Assembly (NCBI RefSeq): GCF_009914755.1
Contig: NC_060933.1
Reading direction: 5' to 3' (one strand)
Source of the DNA: the human T2T-CHM13v2.0 reference genome, Homo sapiens
Length of the DNA stretch: 64,000 bases
The stretch's first letter is position 1; the number at the start of each line of letters is the position of its first letter. The notes beneath the pieces were generated by a model, which searched no databases, was not told where the DNA came from, and saw only the letters and a list, made by a program, of their open reading frames with translations. This document shows positions 28,360 through 44,399 of the stretch, one piece after another. A program made the translations under genes and the position numbers.

Positions 28360-28485
28360 TGGAGATAGTGGACCCAGTGGATATCTATCTTAACCTCCTT
28401 CAGACCATCTTTGACTTTCATGCCATCAAGAGTTTGCTGACTGGGCCCAGCCAACTGAAGATTCGCGTTGATGCAATGCATGGAG
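28360..28485 (+). pseudogene. PGM5: PGM5-like exon 4
   Basis: ctttag|TGGAGATAG...CATGGAG|gtaagc; (V)[41 protein letters not shown]; 126 bp. Confidence 0.96.
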
Positions 28486-28729
28486 GTAAGCTTGTGATTT
28501 TCTCCAAATCAGTGGGCAGGAAATATTGAGACCTCTACACCTGTTGGGTTTCAGAGGTTAAGAGGAAAGTTGGATTCATAGATATTCACACAACATGTGT
28601 ATGTTCAGATATTTGGAATGCTCTGGAAAACTTCAGGACCCTTATTTCTGTCTTTGGATGTAAATGAAAACAAAAGTTGAACAAATGAGTTTGAGGCTAT
28701 GCATGTTCAAGTGTGGAGTATAGTAAAAC

Positions 28730-31260
28730 TGTTATTTATTTGATCATATGCATGGCATAGTTTAAACAGTCAAATAAATAGTTCAAGATTTATTGTGAAA
28801 AAAATCTGTACCCAACTCCTATCTTCCCCCAATTTGTTACCTTCCAGAGTTAAATTTTTCAATTTTTTCAGCTGTTTCTTTTTGTATTTATCTCCCTATC
28901 ATTAAATATTATGAATATACAGACCCTTGTTGATTTTTCAGTTTTGAGCATTACTGAATTCATACTACAGGAACTGGAGCTGCAGCTCTTTTTCACCCTC
29001 TCCACCCACCACCCACCTCTCCACCCACCCTTTCCACCCACCAGTTAGGGAATCCTAGCATGCTTCCCTAATTATATCACCAGTTTGGTAAGATCATTAT
29101 CTAGTGTTTACATTACCACAACACTGCTGAGCCATGCAATATGCTATAATTATATTTCCTTTACAGTACAACTTTTTGATTTCCTTGGAAACAGCAATTA
29201 TCTTGTTTTCTCATTGCTTGCTTTTAATCAAGTATGTTTACCACTCTTAATCCTCAAGCTCTCCGCTAGTGTCTAAATCTTCCTTCACTTCATTTTCCTG
29301 GAGACTTTGATCTGCCCCACTCTGCCCTGGTTGCTCTCTGAGCATGCTGTCATCATGAAATCTCCCTTTATCACCATGGTAGTAATTCTTTTTACACATC
29401 TCTTATGTTAAATGTCCTGTCCCCTGGTTTCTTTGTCTGACACCTTGATTTACTGGTACATTTTGGAGGAACACATTCTCCAGGAACTCAGTGAGAGAAA
29501 GCTCATGGTAGGTAAATATTTTGTGTATTGTATATCTGAAAAGGCCTTTTATTCTACACTTGCCCTTGATTAATATTTGACTGATATGGAAATCTATGTT
29601 GGATATTATTTTTCTTCAGAAGTTTGAGGGCATTGCTCTACTGTGTTTTAGCTATTATATTAAACTTGAGAAATCCAGTGCTATTTTGATTTTTAATCCA
29701 TTGTCCTTCCTTTTTCTTCTCTGGAAGCTTTTAGGACCTTTGACTTATCTTCAGTGTTCCTCTGTTTTACAATAATGGATCTTAGTGTGGGACTCTATCT
29801 TTATTATATCGGACACCTGATGGACCCTTTCAGTCTGAACACTTGTGTCCTTTAATTCTGGAAAAGTTTTTGAATTACTATTTAGTAACCATTCTGGTTA
29901 TTTTTACTACTGAATTGATCCTTTAATTATTCTATTTCCCCTTCTCCTCCCCAGTTTTTCATCTCTTTATTTTGTTCTACTTTCTGGGAAATTTCCTTGA
30001 CTTTATCTTCCAGTCCTTTAGTTCTACCATTATATTTTTAATTTCCCAAAACTTTTGTTTGTATTTTCCAAAGATTCTCTCTTGTAAAAATACATCCTAG
30101 TTATGTTTCATGGATACCGTATCTTTTTAAACTTAGGTTTACTGAGGTATAATTTATACACAATAAAACTCACTCCTAGTAGATATACAGTTTGATAAGA
30201 TTTGACGAATATATACAGCCATGTAACCACTATCACAATCAAGATTGAATATTTCCATCACCTCAAAGAGTTTTTTGCAGCCCTTTGTAGTCAAACCTCT
30301 CCCCTTATCCCCAGCCCCTGGCAACCACTCATCTGCTTTCTGCTCCCATAGTTTTGCATTTTCCAGAAAGTTATATAAATGGAAGCATACAATATGTCAC
30401 CTTTTGCTTCAAGCTTCTTTCACTCAGCATAATAATTTTGATATACATTCTTGGTGTTGCATGTATCAGTAGTTCAGTAGTTGTTCCTTTTACTGCTGAG
30501 TACAATTTTATTGTGTTGTCGATATACCACCATTTGTTTATCTATTCACTGGTTAATGAAAATTAGATTTTTCTTCTAGTTGTTGGCTATTGTAAAGAAA
30601 GATACTGTGAACATTCGTGAACAAGTCTGTACGTTTTCATTTGTCTTGGGTAAACAGCTAGGAATGGGATTGCTGAGTCATATGATACGTGTATGTTTAC
30701 CTTTATAAGAAATGGCCAAATCATTTTCCAAAATGCCTGTTCCATTTGCACCACTGGCAATGCATGAGGGCTCCAGTTTATCTGTATCTTCACCAATACT
30801 TGGTACTGTCAGTCTTTTCCATTTTAGCCATTCTACTCTATCTTGTTAATCTCTATTAGGATATTACTGATATATTTTAAAAAGTTTTCTTCTCCCTGTA
30901 TAATTTTTGTTTCCTCCAGGTTTCTCTTTACTTTTTGTTTATTTTCACCTCATCTCAAATACATTCCTCAAAATTTTGGTGATCCTTGGCTTTCTGGCAT
31001 ATTTAAGAATGAGGCACTAAAAATCTGCTGGGAGCTCTGAGCCTGCTGTGGGTCTTCTCCATGGGCCTTACTCTAAGGGCTTCTGGCTAGGCTGTTCTGT
31101 TCTTTCTTGTTGGGCTGATCATATTCCTCAGGAAAAGAACTTTCAGGTTCTTGCCTTAGCATTATCTGGCCTACAGGGAAGACAGCTTTGCTTTTTTTCC
31201 AAATAGTATGAGCAATGATTCTGGGTTTCAGCCTCATTGCCTGGTTTATACTGTATGTCC
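28730..31260 (-). mobile_element. Nested old L1M fragments
   Basis: Antisense L1 motifs, e.g. 30125-30840 GAGGTATAATTTATACA...CTAGGAATGGGATTGCTGAGTCATATG. Boundaries approximate. Confidence 0.65.
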
Positions 31261-32434
31261 ATCTTTGAATCAATTGCTCTGGCTAGAAGATGGAGGACGC
31301 TGATTGCGCAGACCTAGGTCACCTCCTTAGCCTTGGGGAGGTGGGATTTAGCCATACCCAGACCCCATGAACTGAGATGGGGAAGGGAGTTTTTCTCCAA
31401 TAGAAATCCCAAATGCTGTATCCAGAGGAAGAGGAAATGTGTGCTGGGCAGGCACAATCAAGAGATGTTCACTATTGGAGGATTGTGTGTTGTATTGGTG
31501 GAAAATAAGTGGAAAGCAATATCTTTCAGATATTTCAGCTAGGAGGATTACATGCTGTTCCACAAATGTGCCTTATGTTCTACCTCAGGCTCTGTTCCCT
31601 TGCTCATAATGTTCCTTCGATTTAGATGGGCTTCCCACTCCAAACCCAAACACTTGCCAACTTTATATTATTCCGTCAAGTTCCACCAGAAATGCTGCTT
31701 CTTCCTTGAAGCCTTATGTGTGGTTATTGCTTCTCTGAAGCCATTGGATATAATTATTTCATCAATGTGCATTGTTTAGTCTTACCACTGCAGTCATTCA
31801 TTTGCAGCTTTGACTCATCCCACTACTAGATTACAAGCCCAGGAATGTAGAAACTATGTGCTTTGCATCCCTTCAATATGATCCCTTCACTTCCTAGCAG
31901 AGCAGCTCCATATTGCATACTCCATAATGTTCATTGAACTGGAAAATACTATTCCTTGGCATGTATTTTGGTAAAATGTGCTTGTTTTTATATGCTTCAG
32001 TGGTTTATAGTGTTTAATTATATACTTGGCAAAGTCCAAATGATTGCAGAAACAAAGAACATTGCTAGAGCCCTTTAATGCTTTTGCATATATTCAGCTA
32101 AAGCTTTTAATACATGAAAAGCAACAGGCAATGAATCATTATTATGTAGCTGATTTCTTTCTGGCAAACTTTTAGAAAAATTTCAGGTGAAAAAATGTAT
32201 GTAACTAGATGATTGAATACATCTTCTGTATTCCTACCACAGTAACTGGCACATAGTAGATGCTCAATAAATAGTAGTTCAAGCAAATATTGTTCTATAT
32301 TGTATCTTTAAAACGATTGTAAATTTATATTTTTCTTCTGGGTTATTAAATGGTGTTTCCTGTACTATTCAGAACAAAATACTCTGGGGAGAAGGTTCTG
32401 CAAATATTTAATATTGCTGTGTATCTATTTTTAG

Positions 32435-32625
32435 TTATGGAACCTTATGTGAGAAAAGTTCTGTGTGATGAGCTGGGGGCCCCAGCCAATTCTGCAATAA
32501 ACTGTGTTCCCCTGGAAGACTTTGGAGGGCAGCACCCTGACCCAAACCTGACATATGCAATGACTCTTCTGGAAGCAATGAAAGGAGGAGAATATGGATT
32601 TGGAGCTGCATTTGATGCTGATGGG
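32435..32625 (+). pseudogene. PGM5: PGM5-like exon 5
   Basis: tttag|TTATGGAA...GATGGG|gtaagt; (V)[63 protein letters not shown]; 191 bp. Confidence 0.96.
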
Positions 32626-33156
32626 GTAAGTAGGAAAGCTCTCTGTCTGCTGACCCTTTGATCATATAATGAGCCATGCACTGGAAAGCAGAGAATTAAT
32701 GAACACATCTGGAGCTAACATGTATGGGGCATGTGTGCCCTAACTGGCTCTGCATCTGCCCTTCTGTTTAATGACTAAGTATTGCAATTAAATAGCGATT
32801 ACTTTTCTTAGTTCCAGATTTACATTATGGCATACAAAGGTTGTTTATTTAAAAATATATATTATTCAATAAATCTTTATTTATGGCTGGTGTTGTTGAA
32901 AGCACCAAGTTAAGAAATCAGCTATTTCTGCAAGAAGCAGTGTTCTCCATTATGTTTGGGAGAAAGAAAGAATTAGGTATTTGGGGGCTTCTAAAGCTTG
33001 AGCCACATTTCAACAGGTGGAACATATTCCTGGTGTGTCAAGAATCTGGGCCCTTGGTACTCAGAGATTTTGAAGAATGTTTCCCATGTTCTCTTTGGCC
33101 TCATTCAAGTTGTTAGATTGTTAAATATAAGATGGCAGTAAAGTGGATTGTGATGA

Positions 33157-33375
<219 letters not shown>

Positions 33376-33489
33376 TAAGCAAGGATGTCACCGTGAAAAA
33401 CTTTATGGTAGACCTTTGGCGTCGATGTCTCCTTTGTTGGTTGCTGGCGCTTATTCTCCCCTGCTCCATTTGGGAATGTGTTGAAAACA

Positions 33490-33750
33490 TGGGAACACGG
33501 TATAGTGTATTGGGTAGAAGCTGGAGAATCAGGTGGCCTGAGCTTAATTCTTGGCTCTGCCACTTACTAGCTGTGGGAATTTAGATTTATTTAGTCTCTG
33601 TGCCTCAGTTTTCTTATCTGTAAAATGTGGATAATAATAGTGGTATCTTTATATGGATTGTCATGAAGTACAAATGAGGTGCTTCATGTAGAACATTTAA
33701 CATGGTGCCTGGTACATAGTAAATACTACATAAATGTTTAGCAACAGAAC
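33490..33750. mobile_element. MIR
   Basis: GGCTCTGCCACTTACTAGCTGTG...TCTCTGTGCCTCAGTTTTCTTATCTGTAAAATG core. Confidence 0.8.
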
Positions 33751-34348
33751 TTATTAACCTGAAAGTATGTATGTATAAGTGAGGGAAAAAAAGCATGGGT
33801 TTTGAGGTCAGATTATATTATGTTCAAATGCTAACTTATAGCCTTATTAGCGCTGTACAAATAGAAAAATGATACTTCATAGGTTTATTGTAAGAATGAA
33901 ACGAGACAGTGCATGGAAAATACCCAACAAGAGATTCACTCAGTAGGGCTCTAACTAACCCTATTAGGTTTCATTCTTCTTGCTCTATCCATCCCTCTTG
34001 TCTATCACCCTATATTATAAAACATTGAATTTCAGAGTCTGACATTTTCAACCAGCACGTGTTATTATAGAAACAGTGTATGTGCCTGGTGGAAAGTTAG
34101 AAAACACAAATAAGAGAATGTAAACATCATATCCCCTACCTTGGGTTACCTATGTTAATAGAAAAACTTATATTCCTTACTGTATCTCTTTCTATACATA
34201 TACGTTATACACATATAATTAAAATACATAATATAATATACATAATATATATACATATATAATTTATTTGCCTGTGATAATACCAAAGACATCAAAAAGT
34301 ACATTGCTTGTAACCTGCTTTTTCTTTTCCATCAACAATTGCCAACTA

Positions 34349-34533
<185 letters not shown>

Positions 34534-35210
34534 ACACCAAATGTTGATTAGGATAGGAAGCAACCAGAACTTTCATACATTGCAAACAAAAGTGTAGAAT
34601 GGAAGACAGTTTGGCAGTTTCTTGTAAAATGGAGCCTACAGCTGACCAACATTCCATTCCTAAATATTTACCCAAAAATAATGGAGATGTGTCCACAAAA
34701 GACCTGTATAATAATATACATAGTTGCATGATTCATAATAGCTAATAACTGGAAACAATACAAATGTCCATCAACAGGAGATTGCAAAAATAGTGATATA
34801 TTTATATATTCGTATACTACACAATAACAAGAAGGAATGAAATACTGACACATGCAGTGGGTGTGGATGAATAAAAAAAAATTAAATGATAAAAAGCCAG
34901 TAACAAACAAATACATAATATATAATTCCATTTCTGTGAAGTTTCAGAACAGGTAAACATATATGTGGCAATAGAAATTATTACAATGTTACTGTATGAG
35001 GGGTAGGAGGAAGGCACCGGGAAACATTCTGAGGTGACGGGAATGTTCTGTGTCTTAATCTGGGTGGTGGTTACATGGATGTGCACACTTTTCAAAACTC
35101 ATTGAATTGTACCCATAAAATGCATTTCACTGTATATAAATTTTACCTTATGAATGAATCAACACCATGAAAAAATAGCCACAAAATCCAGAAGATGAGA
35201 TTCTATGGGA

Positions 35211-35419
<209 letters not shown>

Positions 35420-35518
35420 CTAAATGAGATACTACATTGGGCAAACCATTCAAAAAAGACATTCTGGAGACACTGAGGGAAAATTTCAGTATGATCTTAG
35501 TTTCAGATGACATAAAAA

Positions 35519-35820
35519 TTATTTATTTGTTTATTTTAGAGAAAGGGTCTCACTCTGTTGCCCAGGCTGGAGTGCAGTGGTACGATCATAGTTCACTGTA
35601 ACCTTCAACTGCTGGGCTCAAGCAATCCTCCCAACTCAGCCTCCTGAGTAGCTAGGACTACACATGCGCCATCATACCCAGTTAATTTTAAAAACATTTT
35701 TTGTAGAAATGAGATCTTGCTATGTTGCCTAGGCTGGTCTCAAACTCCTGGCCTCAAGTGATCCCCCTGCTTCAGCCTCCCAAAGTGCTGGGATTATGGG
35801 CATGAGCCACTGAACCTGGC
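35519..35820 (-). mobile_element. AluJ
   Basis: Full-length antisense Alu. Confidence 0.92.
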
Positions 35821-35829
35821 TACTTTTAA

Positions 35830-36670
35830 TCTTATTAGTATCTTTTGATGAGCAGAAGTTTTAAATTTTGATGAAGTCTAGTTTATTTTTCTTATAATTA
35901 ATGGATTATATGATTATTATATATGTCTTTGTCAACTACAAGAAATTTTTGCTTCCTCCAAGGTCAGAGAGATATTTTCTCTATATTTTCTTCTAGAGTC
36001 ATTGCAGTTTCAACTTTTACATTTATGTCTAGAATGATTTTGAATTAATTTTTGAGCACGGTATAAGGTAGGGGTCGAGGTTCACTTATTTCCCTTATCC
36101 AGTTTTTCCAATCCCATTTTTAAAAAAGAATTTTCTTTCCCCTGAATAGCCTTGGCACCATTATTAAAAATCTGTTGGCCATATATATGTAGATCTATTT
36201 CAGGATTCTCTATTCTATACCACTGATCCATTTGTTGATTCGTATGTAAATATTACACTGAAATTAGGTGAGCTTCCCAACATGTTTTTCTTCTTTGTCA
36301 AATTAAAGGGAAATTATATATTCTAGGTCCTCTGCATTTTATTTCATTTTAGAACCAACATCTCAATTTCTACCAAAGCCTACTGGGATTTTGATTGGGA
36401 TTATGTTGAATCTATAGAGCCATTTGGGGAGAATAGTATTTTAATAATCTTGAATCTTCCAATCCATGAATGTGGTATATCTCTCTATTTAGGTTTTCTT
36501 TAATTTCTCTTACATGTATTTCATAATTTTTAATGTAGAGATCTTATACAATTTTTGTCAAATTTATTTCTGAGTATTTTCTTTTTTTTGACGCTATTAT
36601 AAATGTTTTATGAATTTAATTTTCCAATTATTTGCTGCTGGTGCTTTTTTGTAAATTGACCTTGTATTCT
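35830..36670 (-). mobile_element. Old L1M ORF2 fragment
   Basis: TTTTGATGAGCAGAAGTTTTAAATTTTGATGAAGTC; GGGATTTTGATTGGGATTATGTTGAATCTATAGA. Confidence 0.75.
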
Positions 36671-39600
36671 TCACTAGAGGGGAGAAGAATCACCTACCTT
36701 TTGGATGCCTCCCACTCTACTTGTCTCCCTGAGGTGATATGGACCTTAAGTCCACGATGGTGACCTAAACTCAGTTTAAAATTCTTGCCTAGCAGCACCA
36801 AAGAGTGGTATGTGATTCCATGTTTTCTCCCATTTACCTTTGCCTACACCCTTCCTTTAAAAAAAAAAAAGACTCCGTAGAATTGTAGGGAACAAAGTAA
36901 AAATGGGACCATTTCTAGAAATTGAGAACTCAGAGTCATATAGAATCCTGAGTGATACGTAGGGTATTTAATAATATGGGAGTATATTTAACCCTTCCAC
37001 TTATACAGAATCTTATAATTTAGAAATAATTTGTAACATATCAACTCACTTGATCTTTGCAATAATTTTATGAGGTAATTGAGATAGGCATTACTCTCCT
37101 CATATTAAAGATGTTGAACCAATGATCAGAGAGCTTAAGTGACTTGTACAAGGTCACACAGTGAATTAGAAGTTGACTCAGGATTTGAAACTAGGTCTTC
37201 TGATAATAGGGTACTACTGTATCTGCCCAATAACTATAATTGGATCAAAAGGGTCCCTGATAAACCAGTTGAGAATATTGTCCCCTGTGGGCTAGCAAAT
37301 AACTTTCCAAACCATGGCTAGGGGAGGCTGGTTTTACTCTGACAACAAAAACCATTTGTCCTTGTTTCTTGTGGAAATTTCCCAGCAGTTCTTGATTTCA
37401 CTTTACCCCTCCTTCTCAATAAATCTCTGTTTCAGTCAGAAACCAGAGGCCTTGCTTAGAAATTTCACAAAGGACCTGTTCTGATATGTAAGTGACCATT
37501 TAAAAGGATTACTCATGCTTGTTGGTTGGGAATCAGAATTCTGTGGGGCTCTGACGTGGTGATTTGTTCTGGGTATTTGATCTGTTGTGTAGGTCCCAGG
37601 TGGATTCTCATGATGGACACTTTATAAGCTTCTTTCTTCCTAGGTAAAATCAATGCAGCTTCAAAATTTTGACCTTGACAGTGGTTTCCCATATAGCTTA
37701 TTTTTTTTTAATTAGTAAAATTATAGGAATGTGCCCATAAATGCCAGGCCCTGGAATAATAACAACTGAGGACACAGTTGAGACCCATTAAATGACACAC
37801 TTGCCTAAACTCCTGGGATTCCAGAATAAGGGGAGGCCTGTACCCTTGAGGCTGATGAATTATTCAGACAAACTTTCATTGTTCACAGATAATTGTGGTT
37901 CCCCAAGGGAAGATTTTCAGTGTCTTTAATTTCTACTCTTACAGTGTCACTAAAACAAGGATTCCATTTAGCCCAGAATAATACAGTTTCAGCCTTGAAA
38001 ATGGCATTCTTTTGGGGCTTTGTCATTCTAAATGTGTCTGATTTGTGGTTGCAGATGAATCTGTGTTGCTGAAACATTCTGGTTCAAATGATTTCAGAAG
38101 TAAAACACATTGAAAGTATGTTTGTGGCCTGAGGTCAGAGGTATTAAATAATCCTTTGTGTCATCATCCTTCAACAATATTTATGAAGCACCCATCTGTG
38201 CTTGGGGCTGTGCCGAATTCTGTGCAAAACAAGGCAAACACACACAGCCTGAAGCCCTATTCACTAGACATATTTACAGTCTCAAACACGGCTAGCATCC
38301 TTGAATACATCCCAAGAAGGCAGATCTAAAAAGTATGTTTTGACTATGAAAAAGGCCATCCAAGGTCCACCACCCATAAACAGGGTGGTGAATGGATTAG
38401 TGCTCATCTACCCTCTATTTGCTCTTATGCCACCCCTATGGTTCACCATTTATCCACTCAAGAAATATTTATTAAGGACCTCCTATGTCCTAGACACGGT
38501 CCCCGTGGCGGTGCTTTCAGTCTAATGGGGAAGACAAAGAATAACAAGTAAGGGAAACATACAGAAACACAAATTGTAACACAGGCTAGTGGAAATGAAC
38601 TTGGTGCAGTACTCATTGGTGGGCATCGAGCATCTTGCTTAGATAGGAGATCCAGGGAAGGACTCTTGGAGGAGATTAGGCATAGGACCAAAGATCAGAA
38701 ACAGGTATCTGGACCTGACTGTGATGCTGGGATTAGAAATGACACCCACACATGTGAAAACACTTATTCCTCAGAAGGTAGTCTACAGCTATTTGTTGCC
38801 AATTCCCAATCTAAAATATGTACTATAGCTTTATCTTGAACATACTCAGCTGATCGTTGGAATCCAGACAGTGTTAATCCTCCAAGTATGCAAGTATCTA
38901 CTGATCTCTGGTGATCTCGATTCTTACCACGTCCTTTAGATCTGTGCTGTTTCATCTCCCAGATCAGTCATGATGGATGACAGTGGTGGAAGAGATAGTG
39001 ATGTGAGCTCATATGTAATTACTCAGTCTCCCATACATTGCTTCTGCTATAGAATGATGGGAAACATTTCGCTTTAGCAGATAAATATGTTCAAATGTAA
39101 CCTATATTAACATAAAAGAAAAAAAGAAGAAAGCCCTTCATCCTGTAAGTTATTGCCCTGAAACTCTGTATAGCTGATTCAGTTAGGATCAAGGCAGGAA
39201 AGAGATGGCACCCTCAAAAAGGTCTTACTAAAGAGAATTTAGTAATTGTAACTTAATAACCTGGTCTAAGGAACGGATGAGGTTAAGGAAACCAAAAAAC
39301 ACAAGAAGGAATGGGGAGGTACCTTAGCAACAGCAATAGCAGGGAGCTGTTAACACCCCTAGGACTAAGAAGGGTCCAGGGGAGAGGTCAGGGTGACCAC
39401 AGCCTAGTGAGATCTGGAGTTGTGAAAAGTGGGCGGTCAGACAAGAGCTGAACTTGGCAGGGGGGAGAAATGCCCCAACTTGTCTCTTCTCACCCTCCAA
39501 CCTCCTGCTGGTGCCTCCTATAACCAAACCGCACTGGAAGCCAGAGGGCAGCCTATGGAGTTCTGCCTCCTGGGGAAGAGAACAGGGCATTTGATGAAGT

Positions 39601-41116
39601 GGGGATTTTGGGGTAGAAGGGGACAAAAAGCCACCAGCATAAATGGCACAATGGCCCATCTTTTTGCTTATTTCTACTTGCTTATCTCCTAGTCTCATCC
39701 TCTTCCCTCTTTTTTGGACTTCAGGCATAGAGAGTCGACTTAATCATACTCATCATTGAACAATCCTTTAATAATTGGTCTGATTGAAGGCTCATTTCTT
39801 ATTACTTTAAAAATGATAATGCATTTCTTTTCTCTCTGTTTGACTGCCCCACCATAGACAACCACAAAAAATGTGTTTATTGGGTTTTGTGTATATATTT
39901 TTTGCATATATTTTTACTTAATATGACTAGTACTATATAAGAGATTGTATTTGATTTCTTACCTTTTTTTCCACTAAAGACCACACTTTAAGATCCTCTT
40001 GATGGCTGTACATCCATCTAGGGTGTTGCTTCAAACTGCTGCTTATTTGTCCATGAGTGCATCCATGATATTTTGCCCTTGATTCCCTCAGCAATGAACA
40101 CTCAGACTGCTTCTCACTTCCTATCACAGTGAATACTGCTGCACAGGCACCCTGTGGATATGTGTGAGAATCTCTTCAACACGTGTATTCAGAAGCAGAA
40201 TTATTGGGCCAGAGGGGGTGTCTATACTTAATTTAGTCAATTTTAACCAAATACTGTCAGATTGCACTCCAGAATGCCCATCTCTTGCCTGCTTCTCCAA
40301 CCGGTCTCTAAGTTCCTGCATCTTCAAATCCAGGCCAACACTTCATGTTGTCTAACTTTCTAATTTTTATCCAGTAGACTAGATAGAGAGTAACATACCA
40401 TTGCAATTTTAATTTTTCATGTCTCACATTACTAATGAGCTTAAGCATCTCTTCATATGCTTGAGAAATTTGGGAGTTTCCTTTTCTATTAATTGCCTAT
40501 TCCTGTCCTTTGACCATTTTTTTTTTTCTATTTAGGGTTCTTCTTTTTAGTCTGATGAATTTGCAGAAGTTCCTTGGATGATCTAGATACTAGACCCGTT
40601 GTCAGTTTTAGGCACTTCTAATTTTCATCTTTTATCTTTAGACAAAATTTTACTCCTGATTTCGATAGCCAAATTGATATCAGTAGACAGATCTGTTATA
40701 GACAACTCAAATTTAACATGTATAAATAGCAACTTTTCTAATTTTTCCTGAAAATTGTTTTTCCTGTGTTTAGTCTCTGCATGAGTCACCTATTATCTAA
40801 ATAATAAACCTTGGAATAATCCCTCATTCCAGATGTACCACTAATCACTGGGTTTTGTTAGAAGGATCCCTTAAATGTTTTTAAATCATTATTTCTTCTC
40901 CATTCCTACTTTTCCTTTCCTAATTTACGTTCTCATTATCTTTTGCTTGGACTATTGTAATAGTCAATAAACTGTTCCCACTTCCTCTAGACTTCCTCTT
41001 CTTCATTTCCTCTTCTGTACTGTCCCAAGGGCAGTTGTTCTAAAGCAGAAAGTCGTGCATTTTCTTCCCTTGTTTAAAATGGGTTGGTGGGCTTTGAATG
41101 CCTGCAGGAGATTCCG

Positions 41117-41183
41117 TCTCCTGATTATACAACATGCATAATCTCCTGATTATAGAACATGCATAATCTCCTGATTATGAACA
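41117..41183. repeat. Minisatellite, 25-bp unit x about 2.7
   Basis: TCTCCTGATTATA(C/G)AACATGCATAA starting at 41117, 41142 and 41167. Confidence 0.9.
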
Positions 41184-42758
41184 CTTCACTCCTGCAGACA
41201 TTCTTATCCTACACTCTAAACATGTCATGCTGCTTACAGTTCCCCAAATTCGATGCCCTCACATTTCTATGCCTTTGCATGCACTTCTGTCCCTGAAATG
41301 TATTCCCTTTGCCCCACCTCATTCCACTTTGTTCTTCTTTATCTTTTATGGCTTGAGTCAAGCATCCCCTTCTCAGTAAGTCCTTTGATACCATGTTCCC
41401 TCCACCCCAACAGATATTTCAAAAAGTTAACTACTATGAGCTATCAACATGCTTCTTTTGACTTTGGTACAGAGAGACATCTGGTGATACTATCTGTTGA
41501 TTGCAAAGAAAAATATACCCGACTAATAAGAAGAAAATGAATGGTGCATAATGACCCAATCTCCTTTGGATATAATAAAACTATGCCTGATTTGTGGTCT
41601 TCATTTACATTTAGGTGAGTTTGTAATGAGTTGGATTTTTAGTAATGATATGTGGGTACTGACGCTCTTAGCAAATACAGCTTAATCAATGTGAGATGAA
41701 AGGAAGCAACTGCATTGTAGTTATTTCCTAGTCGATAATGAAAAACTCCCCACAGCCTGAACTTAAGCGCAAGGTTGTTTATTCCCTGCCCTGGCAAATT
41801 GAATGAGGACTGGATTCACTACCAAGGCATTTACAAGATGCATAAGGTGGCCTTCCTTTATGGTTTGTGTGTTGACCTACTGGAAAGGATGCTGAGACTG
41901 GTTCAAGTCTGTAATTGTGTGTTTCTAAGAGTTGGTGTCTAATGGGAAAGTGATCTCAGGCCTGTAGTTAGTAAAAAGCATTTATGTATTAACTGGCTAG
42001 AGTGAGAGGAATAAATTTTTAACACTTAAGACTATAAACTGTAGGAGATTTGGAGATAGTGGCTAAATCCTCTTGGAAATGCTGGATGCATCATCTTTTA
42101 TTCAATTTTTCTGAGCCATCTTGGGTTTCTGCTATCTGAGTTAGTCAGAAAAACACTTAGATGAATGTTAAGTAACCCAAGTGCTAAAATATATAGTCGT
42201 CATCACTCTCCCATGAGAACTGAAAGACGAACCTTTTTTGGAAGTCAGCTCTCTTTTATCTGCTGTATTTGTGAGGACTCTTTGATACTCAGATTCTGTC
42301 TCGGGAAGGGCATTGTCATTATTTAGGGTGTCCAGCAGCCTATTTTCAGCCCTCCCACCGATGTGGCCCTTCTTGGTCTAAACAAGTCACTTTGACCAGT
42401 GGTGGATGGATCCAATACTGAAAGAAGCTCCTTAGAATCGCCCTGTCTGATTAGGGATTCAAGGCTACTTTAAACTGGGGTTTCAATGCCATCCAGTCTC
42501 AGTGCCACCCAGTCTCGAACATGTGGCGTGCTGTTGTTCTCCAACGGGAACATTAACTTCATGGCCTGCCTTTGTAATCTCAATTTTGGTCTTCCGAGGC
42601 TACATTTGGTTAAATAACCTCTCTCTTTTATTCCTTGTGACTTAAAATATTTATTCAATTTAAAAATCAATCCCATTGATTACTGCAAAGAGGCATGAGG
42701 TATATATTTTGAGCTGATAAAAATGTTCCATATCTTGATTACAGTGGTAGTTACACAG

Positions 42759-42759
<1 letters not shown>

Positions 42760-42810
<51 letters not shown>
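42760..42810. repeat. (TA)n(TG)n(TA)n compound microsatellite
   Basis: Read directly. Confidence 0.92.
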
Positions 42811-42823
42811 TTGTCAAAGCTCA

Positions 42824-43217
<394 letters not shown>

Positions 43218-43966
43218 TCAAACTCTATTTATTTAAAAATAAAACAAAGCTTCTCTCTTGGAACTTCTTTTCTGACTAGGGGCAAGAATCATTGCTCTCT
43301 TTGAATGACTCTAGTTCCCAGCATAGAGGTTTGTATTTACTAGACCACCAATAAACATTGGTTAGGTTCAGGTGAGTTGAATTGTCTCTGGAATCACTGT
43401 TTACTGCTTTCCTTTTTGTTTGAACCAGGACATAAATATATGGCCTGCAATCTTGTCTTTGGAAAAGACATAACTTACACAGTTGGAGGTTCTCAGATAT
43501 CAGTCATTAGTCAAATTTATTGGTGATATAAAAGATATAAGGAAGGTAGTTTAGCCCGGCCTAACTCTCAATCATATGCTTTGTCAAGCCACCAGAGAAG
43601 TTTGGTGCTTGACAACGTTTTAAAATGAAGGAGGATAATGTTAAGTCATCTTAGGCCTGAAGGTACTTCTGGAGTGAAAGAGCATTGCAGTTCTTGTGTG
43701 TGCTTTATATTTCAAAATGTATTTTGTAGCTCTCCCCACCAAAAAAGTTTTAAAATGGATTTCAGCTTCAACTTTCTAGGGTAGTGTTGAGCTGGGTCTA
43801 TTGAAATACTGCTTAAATGCTTGCTAAATATCACTGATTTCACTTTACCTGTCATGCTGAGGGAAAGATAGTATCTAAGATAGATGTGCAGGGTGAATCA
43901 AGATGCTGCCTGAAAGTTTTGTGTGCTCAGGAAAGCATTTTTATTTACAAGTGAACTCTATTACAG

Positions 43967-44399
43967 CAGAGATCCCCAACCCCAGGCCACATAGCAGGTG
44001 AGTGAGCATTACTGCATGAGTGCCACCTCCTGTCAGATCGGTGGCAGGATTAGATTCTCATAGGAGAGCAAATCCTACTGTGAACTGTGCATGTGAGGAG
44101 TCTAGGTTGCATGCTCCTTATGAGAATCTAATGCCTGATGATCTGTCACTGTCTCCCATCATCTCCAGATGGGAACCATCTAGTTTCAGGAAAACAAGCT
44201 CAGGGCTCCCACTGATTCTACATTATGGTGTGTTGTATAATTATTTCAGTATATATTACAACATAATAATAATAGAAATAAAGTGCACAATAAATGGAAT
44301 GTTCTCGAATCATCCCCAAATCATCCCCCTCCCCGAGTCTGTGGAAAAATTGTCTTCCATGAAACCGGTCCATGGTGCCAAAAAGGTTGGGGACCACTA
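43967..44399. mobile_element. MER1A DNA transposon (hAT-Charlie)
   Basis: TIR-like ends ATCCCCAACC...GGTTGGGGACCACT; internal TTAGATTCTCATAGGAG and CCTTATGAGAATCTAATGCCTGATGATCTG. Confidence 0.88.

Noticed and set aside
41117-41183. CRISPR-like repeat array (also 9631-9694 and 11903-11950)
   Set aside because: Head-to-tail units with no unique spacers, no cas genes and a mammalian context.
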